From: Bryobacterales bacterium | Lineage (GTDB): Bacteria > Acidobacteriota > Terriglobia > Bryobacterales > Bryobacteraceae | Reading direction: 5' to 3' | Length of the DNA stretch: 64,000 nucleotides | NCBI GenBank assembly: GCA_963698105.1 | Contig: CAVOPN010000015.1 | Coordinates: forward strand, 154,692-218,691 | Shown here: positions 35,535 through 45,491 of the stretch, in pieces | Layout: each line of letters starts with the position of its first letter | Position numbering within the stretch: position 1 is the stretch's first letter | Program-made: the position numbers and the translations under genes | Notes under the pieces: model-generated | Seen by the model: the letters and a program-made list of their open reading frames with translations, nothing else | What the model was told of the DNA's origin: nothing | Databases searched by the model: none

Positions 35535-38500
35535 GTGACCAAACTCCTATACTTGTTGCTCGCTGCGTCGGCGTATGCGCAGACCGTGGAGCCCAACCTC
35601 TACGCAGGCATGCGCTGGCGATTGCTGGGGCCGTTTCGCGGAGGCAAGAGCACCATGGTCGCGGGGGTGCCCGGCAACCCGGCGGTTTATTACATGGCGA
35701 CGGCCGGAAGCGGCGTGTGGAAGACCGTCGATGGCGGACAAGTGTGGAACTGCGTCAGCGATTCACTCCGTCTCACCGCGGTCGGCGCGATTGCCGTCGC
35801 GCCGTCGAGTCCGGATACCGTGTATGCGGGTGCGCCCGGAGGATTGTATCGCTCGACCAACGGCGGCGAGCATTGGGAGTTGGTCGCGCTCGAAGGACAC
35901 GCGGTGAGCTCGATCGTGATCGATCCGCGGCGTGCCGATATCGTGATGGCCGCAGCGGGCGATACCGGCGTCGTGCGCTCCACCGATGGCGGCAAAACGT
36001 GGAAGTCGACGCTTCCCGACGCGAAAGTAGGAGGCGTCTGGCTGGTCTTCGACCCCGATAACGCGAAGAATGTTTACGCCGGTACGCGTCCGATCTCCGC
36101 TGGTGGACGCGGTGGTGGCGGCGGAGGCCGCGGCGCAGCGCCGGTGCTGACACCCGCGACGGATTCGCAGATCTATCGCTCCACCGATGAAGGCGTTACC
36201 TGGAAAAAAACCAACCCCGATGGGCTGCCGGGAGGGAATTTCGGAACCATCGCAATTGCCGTCGCGCCCGGGACCAAAGGCAAGCGCGTTTACGATTACG
36301 TCGCGCAGGGGATTTTCCGCTCCGACGATGCCGGCGAACATTGGACCCGCGCCACCGACGATCCGCGCATGATCGGCGGCGGACAATTTCACGACATCAT
36401 TGTCGATCCGCGCGACGCCAATATTCTGTTCGCCACGCAGACGTCGCTCTACCGGTCGACCGACGCGGGCAAGACCTGGGAGTCGTACACTGGCGCGCCC
36501 AGCGGTGCCGATTTTAACTATGTCTGGATCGATCCAACCAACGACAGGTACATGGTCCTCGCCATCGACCAGGGCACTATCGTGAGTATGGATGCCGGCC
36601 GCACCTGGACCACCTGGTTCAACCAGCCCACCGGCCAGATGTACAACGTCAACACCGATCACGGCTTCCCTTTTTTCATGTACTCCGCGCAGCAGGATAG
36701 CGGCACCATCGCCACCCCGATTTTTGGACGCGGCGGCCAGATCACCTATCGCGACTGGTACACCACCAACGGTTTCGAAACCGCTCGCATCATTCCCGAT
36801 CCCGAGGATTCGAATTACTTATACGCGACCGGCTGGTACGGCTCGGTTTTGCGGATCAATAAAATCACCGGGCAGACGCAGCATATTTTTGAGAAGACTC
36901 CGAAATATCGCGAGAGCGGCGCGCCTCCCATGGGTTTTTCCCCGCTCGATTCGCAGACGTTTTATCTGGCGACGCAGTATCTGTTGGCCACGCACGATAA
37001 AGGAATGCACTGGGAAACCGTGAGTGCCGATCTGACGACGGGCGGCAGTGAAGGGGAACCGGCAGCGACCACGCGCAGTGGAGGCCGCGGCGGCGGACCG
37101 GCCATCAGCTCGCTCGCATTTTCGCCCAAAGACTCGAAACTGTTTTGGGCGGGTACGAATAATGGCCTGATCCAACTCACGCGCGATGGCGGAGCTCACT
37201 GGACCAACGTCGCGCCTAGGGATCTCGGCCAAGCCGGTCCAGTCTCCGCGATGGTGGCCTCGGCGGCTGATAGCGGACGCGCTTTCGCGTTGGTAGGCGC
37301 GGCATTCGGATCGGCGCGCGGTGCGGCGACCACCGCTCCTCCGCGGATTTATCGCACCGACGATTACGGGCAGACCTGGAAGATGGCTAACAAAGGTTTG
37401 CCGAACAGCGTTGGATGGGCAGTGCGCGAAGATCCAGAAAATCGCAACCTGGTGTTCGCGGCTCTCGACGCGGGCGTGTTCGTATCCTTTAATGGAGGCG
37501 ACCAGTGGCAGTCGCTGGAGCTGAATCTGCCCGCGGCGTGGTGCCGCGACCTCGCTATCGAACAGAACACGCTCGTGGTCGCCACTTACGGACGCGCGCT
37601 GTGGGCGATCGATGACATCAGTCCTCTGCGGGAGCTGGCCGCGAACGCGGCGAAAATCGCTTCGTCGACCGCGTACCTGTTCGCGCCCGCCCCAGCCATC
37701 CGCATGCAGTGGGACACATACACGGACACTCCTTTGAACCCCGATGTTCCCGCCGCGGAGAATCCACCGGACGGCGCGACGATCGATTACTATCTGAAGT
37801 CCGCGGCCCCCGACGTGAAGCTTGAAGTGTTCGATTCGTCCGGTAAGCTGGTTCGCTCCTATTCGAGCGGCAGCGCGGCGTCGCTGGGGTATAAGGTAAA
37901 CGTGCCCGATTACTGGCTCGCGCCCGCGCCGGTGCTGCCGAAAGATGCCGGCCTCCATCGCGTCGTGTGGGATCTGCGGTATCCCGATCCCGACCAGCTC
38001 CTCTACACCTACTACGGAATTCACGTCGACTATTTCGAGTACACGCTGGCCGATCATGCGATTCCGCACAATACTCCCTGGCATGAGCCGCAGGGACCGA
38101 TGGTCGTGCCGGGCCAATATGAGATTCGCCTCACCGTCGGCGGAACCACGTACCGGCAGCCGATCACGGTGAAGCTCGACCCGCGCCTGAACGCGTCGAC
38201 CGAAGATCTACAGCGTCAATTGGATCTGTCCCAGAAAATCGCGGCAAGCATGGGCGCCACCTATCAGGCGTACAACCAGGCTGCGCAATTGCGAGCCGAG
38301 TTAAGATCGCGGATCGCGACAATCACCGAAGCGCAGAAGGTGGCCGCCGCTAAGGCCGTGGATACGAAATTGCAGGCGTTAACCGACGGCACGGCCGCAC
38401 CCCCAGGACTCGGACCCATGAATCGCGATCTTACGCGCTTAATGATCGCCGTGGATCAATCCGATACCGCGCCCGCCAGTTCGCTGATCGAAAGCTTCGC

Positions 38501-38657
38501 CGGAATGTGCCAGGAGACGCGCGCGGCCCTGACCCGCTGGAGTGATTTCCGCACCACAGATGTGCCGCAATTGAACGCTCTCCTGGTCGGTCAATCGTTG
38601 GCTCCTCTTACGATCCCCGCTGTGGCTGCACGGCCGTTGGATTGCGCTCCCGAGTAA
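35535..38657 (+). CDS. secreted BNR/Asp-box repeat protein (sortilin/VPS10-like double beta-propeller)
   Basis: Signal peptide, then repeated SxDxGxTW boxes (STNGGEHW, STDGGKTW, STDEGVTW, SDDAGEHW, STDAGKTW, DAGRTW, RDGGAHW, TDDYGQTW). Confidence 0.75.
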   Translation: MTKLLYLLLAASAYAQTVEPNLYAGMRWRLLGPFRGGKSTMVAGVPGNPAVYYMATAGSGVWKTVDGGQVWNCVSDSLRLTAVGAIAVAPSSPDTVYAGAPGGLYRSTNGGEHWELVALEGHAVSSIVIDPRRADIVMAAAGDTGVVRSTDGGKTWKSTLPDAKVGGVWLVFDPDNAKNVYAGTRPISAGGRGGGGGGRGAAPVLTPATDSQIYRSTDEGVTWKKTNPDGLPGGNFGTIAIAVAPGTKGKRVYDYVAQGIFRSDDAGEHWTRATDDPRMIGGGQFHDIIVDPRDANILFATQTSLYRSTDAGKTWESYTGAPSGADFNYVWIDPTNDRYMVLAIDQGTIVSMDAGRTWTTWFNQPTGQMYNVNTDHGFPFFMYSAQQDSGTIATPIFGRGGQITYRDWYTTNGFETARIIPDPEDSNYLYATGWYGSVLRINKITGQTQHIFEKTPKYRESGAPPMGFSPLDSQTFYLATQYLLATHDKGMHWETVSADLTTGGSEGEPAATTRSGGRGGGPAISSLAFSPKDSKLFWAGTNNGLIQLTRDGGAHWTNVAPRDLGQAGPVSAMVASAADSGRAFALVGAAFGSARGAATTAPPRIYRTDDYGQTWKMANKGLPNSVGWAVREDPENRNLVFAALDAGVFVSFNGGDQWQSLELNLPAAWCRDLAIEQNTLVVATYGRALWAIDDISPLRELAANAAKIASSTAYLFAPAPAIRMQWDTYTDTPLNPDVPAAENPPDGATIDYYLKSAAPDVKLEVFDSSGKLVRSYSSGSAASLGYKVNVPDYWLAPAPVLPKDAGLHRVVWDLRYPDPDQLLYTYYGIHVDYFEYTLADHAIPHNTPWHEPQGPMVVPGQYEIRLTVGGTTYRQPITVKLDPRLNASTEDLQRQLDLSQKIAASMGATYQAYNQAAQLRAELRSRIATITEAQKVAAAKAVDTKLQALTDGTAAPPGLGPMNRDLTRLMIAVDQSDTAPASSLIESFAGMCQETRAALTRWSDFRTTDVPQLNALLVGQSLAPLTIPAVAARPLDCAPE

Positions 38658-38688
38658 ATCGGGTCGGTTATGGGACACCGTTCAGGCA

Positions 38689-38731
38689 TCGACACGATTG
38701 CCGATGCGGCACGCATGAGTGCGTGCGCCAC
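38689..38731. repeat. family D repeat unit
   Basis: tcgacacgattgccgatgcggcacgcatgagtgcgtgcgccac, the reverse orientation of the 32824 unit. Confidence 0.5.
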
Positions 38732-38780
38732 GGGCAGCGGAGGGAACTTTTCCTGCTGGTAGAGGTGTCTAATAAAAACA

Positions 38781-40454
38781 ATGGCCAGCGCGAGATTGTA
38801 TCTTTGGACCGCCATCTGCATGGTCGCGCAGCCCGCTGGGCACGGCGTCATTTCGGGAACGGTCATCGATGCCTCCAGCGGCGATCCTGTTCGCAAAGCG
38901 ATAGTGACAATAACCTGGCACGGCACTCCCCGGGCCTGGGCCACCACTCGCACCGATGGCTCCGGACGGTTCATCGTTGAGGGATTGCCCGCCGGCAAAT
39001 ACGATCTTCGCGCAGGCAAGCCGGGACTGGGTACCGCAATCTATGGGGCCAACAGCGTCCGCGAGTTGGGCGATTTGCTCACTCTGGGCGAAAGTGAAAT
39101 TCACGGTGGTGTAAAGCTTCGCTTCCTGCGCTCCGCCTCCATCTCGGGCACCGTGGTCGATCCGGATGGCGACCCCATCCCCGGCGCCGTTGTGGCCGTG
39201 CTTCACCGTGGACGCCAATTGGGCGAGCCCATCCTCACCAACGGTCAGAGCACCACCACCAACGATCGCGGCGAGTATAGAATTACCGGCATCGATCCAG
39301 GCGAATTTTTCCTCCGATGTCTTCCCAATGTCCCGCGCCCCATGGGATCGGTCCAGAACCCGATTGTGGTTCCTCAATACTTCGGAGGGGCGCACAATTC
39401 CAAGGACGCGGCTCCGTTGACCGTGCGCGCCGGCGATATTTTGACCGGCATCGATTTCCATCTCACCTCTCAGCATCCCGCGCGGATCAGCGGCCGCGTT
39501 ACAGGCGTCCCTCCTCTCGATCCACCGCCCGATCCGCCCGCTGCATCTCCGACGGTGAACGTCGGCCGGACGCGTAACATCAACGGCCAGCAGGTGGCGA
39601 TCTCGCTGACTCCAGCCGACAATAATCAGTTCACGGGAGGCGGCGGTGCGAGTGCCCGGCCTCCAGACTTCCGGTTTGATCTTCCCGATACTATTCCCAG
39701 CCGTTACCGCATTGAGGCATCCGTCCGCGCGGGGGACAAAACCTACTACGCATCGCAACTGATCGACGCTGGGGAGGGCCCCAATGACATTGTGCTGGCG
39801 ATGGCCCCCGCCGTCACCGTGAAGGGTCACCTAACGGTGGAAGGTTCCGCCCTGCATCCCGCCGACAGCTTCACCGTCATGCTTAACCCGAGTAGGGGTC
39901 GGGGCAGAAACTATTCCGCGCGCGTCAAGAAGGACGGCAGCTTTCTGGTGGAAGACGTCCCGCCGGGCCCGTGGATCCTCAACGTCAATCCCACTCCCGC
40001 CGCGTTATTTGAGAAAACCGTGCGCCTGGGAGACAAGGATTTCCTATACCAGCAAATCGAGATTCCTCCCGGTTTGGACGCGCCTCTCCATATCGTGATC
40101 AGCTCGAACACGGCCACCGTGACCGGCGAAATCGACGCCGGCGGCGCGCAGGCCAGGCAAGCCGGGATCTTGCTCGAGCCCGTCGGGACCCGCCATACTC
40201 TGGCGCGTTTTTACTATACGACGACCGCCGACGATGCCGGAAAATTCAAGTTGAACGCCGTCGCGCCGGGAAAGTACAAGATTTTCGCCTTGGAAAAAAT
40301 AGCCACGGCGAGCTACCGCAACCCAGAATCGGGCGACATTCTTGACGCCGTCAAGGATCTGGGGCAGGACGTGGAAGTGCCGGAAGGCGCGAAAATCGAG
40401 TCGCATCCGAAACTCATTCCGGAGGAGCGCGCCAAGGAGATTTTGAAGCCATGA
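38781..40454 (+). CDS. secreted protein made of multiple carboxypeptidase-regulatory-like (CarboxypepD_reg) domains
   Basis: Signal peptide, then ISGTVIDASSGDPVRKAIVTI. Repeated G.V.D.dG.P..ga.v motifs. Confidence 0.7.
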   Translation: MASARLYLWTAICMVAQPAGHGVISGTVIDASSGDPVRKAIVTITWHGTPRAWATTRTDGSGRFIVEGLPAGKYDLRAGKPGLGTAIYGANSVRELGDLLTLGESEIHGGVKLRFLRSASISGTVVDPDGDPIPGAVVAVLHRGRQLGEPILTNGQSTTTNDRGEYRITGIDPGEFFLRCLPNVPRPMGSVQNPIVVPQYFGGAHNSKDAAPLTVRAGDILTGIDFHLTSQHPARISGRVTGVPPLDPPPDPPAASPTVNVGRTRNINGQQVAISLTPADNNQFTGGGGASARPPDFRFDLPDTIPSRYRIEASVRAGDKTYYASQLIDAGEGPNDIVLAMAPAVTVKGHLTVEGSALHPADSFTVMLNPSRGRGRNYSARVKKDGSFLVEDVPPGPWILNVNPTPAALFEKTVRLGDKDFLYQQIEIPPGLDAPLHIVISSNTATVTGEIDAGGAQARQAGILLEPVGTRHTLARFYYTTTADDAGKFKLNAVAPGKYKIFALEKIATASYRNPESGDILDAVKDLGQDVEVPEGAKIESHPKLIPEERAKEILKP

Positions 40455-41989
40455 AATCTCTGTGGCTGCCGATCATCGCCGTCGCCGCCTTCGCCCAGAC
40501 GCCGCTCCCGACCGGCAGCGTTAGCGGAACCGTTACCGATGCGGTCACTCACATCCCGATAAAAAAGGTCGCGGTCTCGATCATGGGCATGGGTGGTCCA
40601 AACCAAGGACCCGCGGCCACCGCGACGGACGCGGGCGGAGGGTTCACGCTCACCAACCTTCAAGCCGGCCAATACAGATTGGTTTTTCAGCATCAAAGTT
40701 ATCCGCAAGCCCGGTTCGGCAACTTCGCGAAATCCGTGGACGTCAAAGCCGGCGAAGCGGCGGGCCCCATCAATGTGGAGTTGATGCCCGGAGCGGCCGT
40801 CAGCGGCCACATTGTGGATGAAGACGGCGATCCGCTCGCGAACTGCGGCGTTCAGATTCATCCGGCGAAAAACCCGGAGCAGGGCGCTCCGATGGTGGGC
40901 AACTCCTCGTCCAACCAGGACGGCGAATGGAGAGCTTTCGGAATTCCCCCCGGCAAATATACGGCGTCGGCGCACTGCGGACGAGCGGTATTTCAAGCGC
41001 GCCCTTTATCAGCCGGACCCGATCCGCCGCCCTCAAGAGCCTACCCGATCCAGTACTATCCTCTATCCGCCGAGTCCAAAGGCGCCCAGGTGATCGAATT
41101 AACCGGCGGTAATGAGAAATCCGGCGTCGATTTTCTGATGAGTCCCGTACCGGTGACCCAGGTGCGCGCCGTCTTCGCCCCGGGCGGAGCGGATTGGCAC
41201 GGGGACCAACTCGCCATGCAGCTGCTTCGTTCGGGCGAGCGCATGATGAATAGCGCTATAGGCGGTGCTCCCAACCTCGATAAAGGCACGTTCGACTTTC
41301 GACAGGTATTTCCCGGGTCCTATACGCTGGTCGCGTTTTCCCAGGGTCCTGAAGAAAACCGCATCGGCGCCTGGCAGCGCGTGGATGTGAGCGACAAGCC
41401 CGTGGACCTGGTTGTCGAATTGAAACACGCCTTGGACCTGACCGGCAAGGTCGAGATCGAGAGCAGTGGAAATAACACCAACAAAATTACGCCCGTGGCG
41501 ATCTTCATTCAATTGTTACCGCAATCGCAGATGGGCCTGCCCCCAGCGCAGACTCAAGTCAGCGAAGACGGGACCTTCACGCTAAAAGGCGTCCTGCCCG
41601 CGATCTGGCGTTTGCACGTGAATGGGCCTTCCGTTTTCGTAAAAGCGGCGTGGCTTGGCAGCACTGACGTAACCAACGCCCCCCTGGATGTTTCCGGCGG
41701 CGCGGCCGGTGCGTTGCGGATCATAGTCAGCACCAACACCGCGACCATCCGCGGATCGGCCCCCGCGGGACAGATGGTCAGGGCGGAGCGGTTAGACGAG
41801 GACCTCCCTTTTAGAGGAGGTCTCATGGCCAGCGTGGATCAGAACGGTCAATATATGTTCGTCGGGCTGGCTCCGGGCAAGTATCGTTTGATGCTAACCG
41901 ATTCCGGCGCCGTCAGTCAGGAAGGAGAAGGGCAGGAAGTCACGGTGCGGGAAGGTGAGACGGTCATGGTCGACTTGAAAGCTCCGTAA
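40451..41989 (+). CDS. secreted CarboxypepD_reg-repeat protein (paralogue of the upstream gene)
   Basis: ATGA overlap with the upstream gene. Signal peptide MKSLWLPIIAVAAFAQ. VSGTVTDAVTHIPIKKVAVSI and VSGHIVDEDGDPLANCGVQI. Confidence 0.7.
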   Translation: MKSLWLPIIAVAAFAQTPLPTGSVSGTVTDAVTHIPIKKVAVSIMGMGGPNQGPAATATDAGGGFTLTNLQAGQYRLVFQHQSYPQARFGNFAKSVDVKAGEAAGPINVELMPGAAVSGHIVDEDGDPLANCGVQIHPAKNPEQGAPMVGNSSSNQDGEWRAFGIPPGKYTASAHCGRAVFQARPLSAGPDPPPSRAYPIQYYPLSAESKGAQVIELTGGNEKSGVDFLMSPVPVTQVRAVFAPGGADWHGDQLAMQLLRSGERMMNSAIGGAPNLDKGTFDFRQVFPGSYTLVAFSQGPEENRIGAWQRVDVSDKPVDLVVELKHALDLTGKVEIESSGNNTNKITPVAIFIQLLPQSQMGLPPAQTQVSEDGTFTLKGVLPAIWRLHVNGPSVFVKAAWLGSTDVTNAPLDVSGGAAGALRIIVSTNTATIRGSAPAGQMVRAERLDEDLPFRGGLMASVDQNGQYMFVGLAPGKYRLMLTDSGAVSQEGEGQEVTVREGETVMVDLKAP

Positions 41990-42008
41990 CCTCTTCGCTC
42001 CATCGCGG

Positions 42009-42014
42009 TAGTCT
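42009..42014 (+). promoter_or_regulatory. -10-like hexamer TAGTCT 6 nt upstream of the ATG at 42021
   Basis: Read directly: cggTAGTCTcattacATG. Confidence 0.25.
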
Positions 42015-42020
42015 CATTAC

Positions 42021-44426
42021 ATGCGGACTGTCCTCGCTGATCTTCGCTACGGCTTGCGCCTTTTGCGCCAGGCTCCTGCTTTCGCCGCCATCGCGATATG
42101 CGCTCTCGCCCTCGGAATCGGCGCCAACACCGCCATCTTCTCGACTCTCGATTCCGTGGTGCTTCGCGCGCTGCCTTATCACGACCCCGATCGCGTCGTC
42201 ATGGTTTTCGAAGATTCCAGCTCCATCGGCTTTCCGCACAATACCCCGGCCCCCGCCAACTACTTCGATTGGAAGGCGCAGAACCACGTTTTTAGCGACA
42301 TGGCCGCCGTCCGCTACCGTGGCGCGACCATTACCGGCGACGGCTCCCCCGAACAGATCAAAGGTCAGGCCGTCACCGCGAATCTTTTCTCGGTCCTCGG
42401 TGTGACGCCTCTCCTCGGGCGAACGTTTTCCGAAGAGGAAGACCGCGGCGGCGCGCAGGTCGTGGTCATCAGCTACCGGTTGTGGCAGCGCAGGTTTCTG
42501 GGCGATCCGGCTCGCATCAACCAACCCATCATGCTCAACGGGACGAAATACACCGTGATCGGCGTGATGCCGCGCGACTTCGTCTTCCGCGATCAGGAGC
42601 GCGATTATTGGGTCCCGATGCACTTCACTCCCGCCGACCAGGCGATGCGAGGCTCCCACTACCTGAGTGTCGTCGCCCGTCTCAAGCCTGACGCGACTCT
42701 CGAACGCGCCCGCCAGGAAATGGCCTCCATCGCGAAACGTCTCGAACAGCAGTATCCGGATGATAATTACCGCGTCGGCGCCGTCGTAGTCCCGATGAAA
42801 GAGGACCTCCTGGGCAAGACGCGGATTGCGCTTCTGGTGCTGATGGCCGCCGCCGGATGCGTCCTGTTGATCGCTTGCGCGAACCTCGCGAGCCTGCTTC
42901 TCGCCCGCGCCGTAGCTCGAAAAAAGGAGCTGGCGGTGCGCGCCGCCCTGGGCGCCGGCCGCGGACGGCTGGTTCGCCAGATGGTCACCGAAGCGGCCAT
43001 GCTCGCACTTGCCGGAGGAGCCCTTGGACTCGTCTTGGCTCAAGCCGGCATGACGATTCTCGCCCGCCTGGTCCCCAACGGCTTGCCTTCAACGGCGAAG
43101 CCCGCCCTCGATCCCACCCTCCTTCTGTTCACTCTCGGACTCTCTCTGCTGACCGGCCTGATTTTCAGCGTCATCCCCGCGGTTCAGGCCGCCCGCGCCT
43201 CCGTCAACGACGCGTTGAAACAAGGCGGCCGCTCCGGCGCGGACACTCGCGGCCGCAACACCCGCGACGCTCTGGTGGTCATCGAAGTCGCCTCCGCCCT
43301 CGTGCTCCTCACCGGAGCCGGCCTGATGATTCAAACCATGGCCAAGCTCCGCGCCCTCGATATCGGCTTCCGTCCCGATCACCTGCTGACCCTCCGCACG
43401 GCCCTCGGCCCGAAGTATAAAGATCCGGTCAAAGGCATCGACTACTTAAATCGCGTCCTCGCCCAGGTCCAAACGCTGCCCGCCGTCGAAAGCGCCGCCT
43501 TCGCGTCCACGCTCCCTTTCCAGAGCATCGGCAACACGCGCGGCTTCAAGATCGACGGCGGCGGTATCGATCTCAACTATTCTCCCGACGCTTTATTCCG
43601 CGTCGGCTCCGCCAACTATCTGGAGACGATGGGAGTGAAACTGCTCGACGGCCGCCTGTTCACTGAATCCGACCGCAACGAATCCGCGCCGGTGCTGATC
43701 GTCAATGAAACTCTGGCCCATCACTACTGGCCGAAGGGCGGTGCCATCGGTCACCATATCGCCTTCGGCCGCGGCAACGAGCCGCGAACGATCGTCGGAG
43801 TCGTCGCCGACGTCCATGAGCGCGGCTACGAGCTCGCGATGAAACCCGGCGTCTACGTTCCGATCACCGCCCTCGATTACGACTGGGGTCCCGACATTTT
43901 GGTGCTTCGCACGAAAGGCGATCCGGCCTTGCTCGCACCCGCCGTCCGCCGCGTCATCGCCTCGATCGACCCCGATCAGCCTGTCTCCGAGCTGCGCACC
44001 ATGGACGAAATCGTCGACCTGAACGTCGCCGACCGCCAGCAGCAGATGACGCTGCTCGGAGCCTTCGCCGCACTCGCGCTGGTCCTCGCATCGATCGGCC
44101 TTTATGGCGTGCTCTCCTATGCGGTCACCCAGCGCAGCCGCGAGATTGGACTCCGCATGGCCTTGGGAGCCAGCGCCGCGAGCGTGATCCGGATGATTGT
44201 CGCCCGCGGACTCGCGCTTACCGGAATGGGCCTCGCCATCGGCCTGGTCGCCGCGTGGCTCGCCACTCGTGCCATGAAAAACCTCCTCTACGGAGTAGCC
44301 GCCACCGACCGCCTGACCTTCGCGGCTGTGGCTGGTTTGCTGGGATTCGTCGCTCTGATCGCCTGCTGGGCGCCGGCGCGCCGAGCGTCCAGGGTAGATC
44401 CCATCGTGGTCCTGCGCGACGAGTAG
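42021..44426 (+). CDS. ADOP-family duplicated FtsX/MacB-type permease
   Basis: Signature N-terminus LADLRYGLRLLRQAPAFAAIAICALALGIGANTAIFS. Two MacB_PCD/FtsX halves. About 800 aa. Confidence 0.85.
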   Translation: MRTVLADLRYGLRLLRQAPAFAAIAICALALGIGANTAIFSTLDSVVLRALPYHDPDRVVMVFEDSSSIGFPHNTPAPANYFDWKAQNHVFSDMAAVRYRGATITGDGSPEQIKGQAVTANLFSVLGVTPLLGRTFSEEEDRGGAQVVVISYRLWQRRFLGDPARINQPIMLNGTKYTVIGVMPRDFVFRDQERDYWVPMHFTPADQAMRGSHYLSVVARLKPDATLERARQEMASIAKRLEQQYPDDNYRVGAVVVPMKEDLLGKTRIALLVLMAAAGCVLLIACANLASLLLARAVARKKELAVRAALGAGRGRLVRQMVTEAAMLALAGGALGLVLAQAGMTILARLVPNGLPSTAKPALDPTLLLFTLGLSLLTGLIFSVIPAVQAARASVNDALKQGGRSGADTRGRNTRDALVVIEVASALVLLTGAGLMIQTMAKLRALDIGFRPDHLLTLRTALGPKYKDPVKGIDYLNRVLAQVQTLPAVESAAFASTLPFQSIGNTRGFKIDGGGIDLNYSPDALFRVGSANYLETMGVKLLDGRLFTESDRNESAPVLIVNETLAHHYWPKGGAIGHHIAFGRGNEPRTIVGVVADVHERGYELAMKPGVYVPITALDYDWGPDILVLRTKGDPALLAPAVRRVIASIDPDQPVSELRTMDEIVDLNVADRQQQMTLLGAFAALALVLASIGLYGVLSYAVTQRSREIGLRMALGASAASVIRMIVARGLALTGMGLAIGLVAAWLATRAMKNLLYGVAATDRLTFAAVAGLLGFVALIACWAPARRASRVDPIVVLRDE

Positions 44427-44446
44427 AATCCGCCACACAAGACCAA

Positions 44447-44953
44447 CTAATGGGCGGATATTTCGGCGGTCTCTTCCGCTTTTAGAGGGAAGTGGGCGCC
44501 ATCGGGAACGGGGACCAGCATCTGCTCCTTGCGGTAGATCAGAGTGGACGTGTTGTAGCTGGCGATTTCAAAGCCGTGGCCGTGCGTGATCGCGTCTGTG
44601 GGGCAAGCTTCGACACAGAAGCCGCAGAAGATGCACCGGTTGTAATCGATGTTATAGACCTTGGCGTAGCGCTCGCCTCCGCTGATGCGCAACTGGTCGG
44701 TATTTTCGGCCGCTTCAATGTAAATGCAATCGGCCGGACAGGCGGCCGCGCACAAAAAGCAAGCAACGCATTTTTCCAACCCGTTTTCATCGCGCTGGAG
44801 CTGGTGGACGCCGCGGTAACGTTCCTGGAACTTGGCCGGCGACTCCGGATAATCCTCGGTGATCGTCGGTTGGAGCATCTCCATGAAGGTGATGCCCATC
44901 CCTTTGGCGATGGCCGCTGCGCCGCCGAGCGCGTCAGAAATTTTCGAAGACAT
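44447..44953 (-). CDS. nuoI: NADH-quinone oxidoreductase subunit I (2x[4Fe-4S] ferredoxin-type)
   Basis: CVACFLCAAACP and CIFCGFCVEACP cluster motifs in the NuoI-specific context (YPE...RYRGVHQL). Confidence 0.85.
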   Translation of the reverse strand: MSSKISDALGGAAAIAKGMGITFMEMLQPTITEDYPESPAKFQERYRGVHQLQRDENGLEKCVACFLCAAACPADCIYIEAAENTDQLRISGGERYAKVYNIDYNRCIFCGFCVEACPTDAITHGHGFEIASYNTSTLIYRKEQMLVPVPDGAHFPLKAEETAEISAH

Positions 44954-45003
44954 TCTGTTTCAATCTTACCAGCTACCGAACCGGCAGCCTAGTTTTTCGA
45001 GCT

Positions 45004-45450
45004 TCAGCCAGCTTTCCATGCAGGGACAGTTTCCTCTTGTCCGAATCGGACGCCGATCGATTCCAGGTCCGCTTTCACGAACCCTTCGGAGACGAAAGAA
45101 ATGACGCTGTCGGGTTCGACTAAAAAGAGGCTGGGAACATGGGTGATCCCGAAGGCCTTGCTGACCGGGTAGCCGTCTTCTTCGCGGTCGAGCAGGGTGG
45201 GCAAGTCGACACCGAATCGCAATTCGAAGCGCCGCGTGGCTGACGCGTCGTCTTCGGAGATGGCGATGACCTGAAGCTTGCCGCCTGCGAGGCGATTAAG
45301 AAAGGGAAGAGTGAGCTGGCAGACGGGGCAGCTGATTTTAAAGAGGACGAGGAGAACCGGACCTGTCGCTAGGATGTTGTGGAGCGAATGTTGGACGCCC
45401 TCGAGGTCGTGGAGAGAAAATTGCGGGGCCTTTGATCCGGTAGAGAGCAT
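45004..45450 (-). CDS. thioredoxin-fold redoxin (TlpA/AhpC-TSA-like)
   Basis: GSKAPQFSLHDLEG...VLLVLFKISCPVCQ, with a CxxC active site. Confidence 0.75.
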   Translation of the reverse strand: MLSTGSKAPQFSLHDLEGVQHSLHNILATGPVLLVLFKISCPVCQLTLPFLNRLAGGKLQVIAISEDDASATRRFELRFGVDLPTLLDREEDGYPVSKAFGITHVPSLFLVEPDSVISFVSEGFVKADLESIGVRFGQEETVPAWKAG

Positions 45451-45467
45451 TCTAAAAAATCTTGCGG

Positions 45468-45490
45468 AGGACAGGTCGGGGACCTGTCCT
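45468..45490. terminator. 10-bp palindrome AGGACAGGTC-GGG-GACCTGTCCT (repeat family A); candidate terminator of the STAS gene
   Basis: Lies 2 nt after the STAS gene stop. Near-identical to the palindrome at 2958-2980. Confidence 0.45.
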
Positions 45491-45491
45491 A

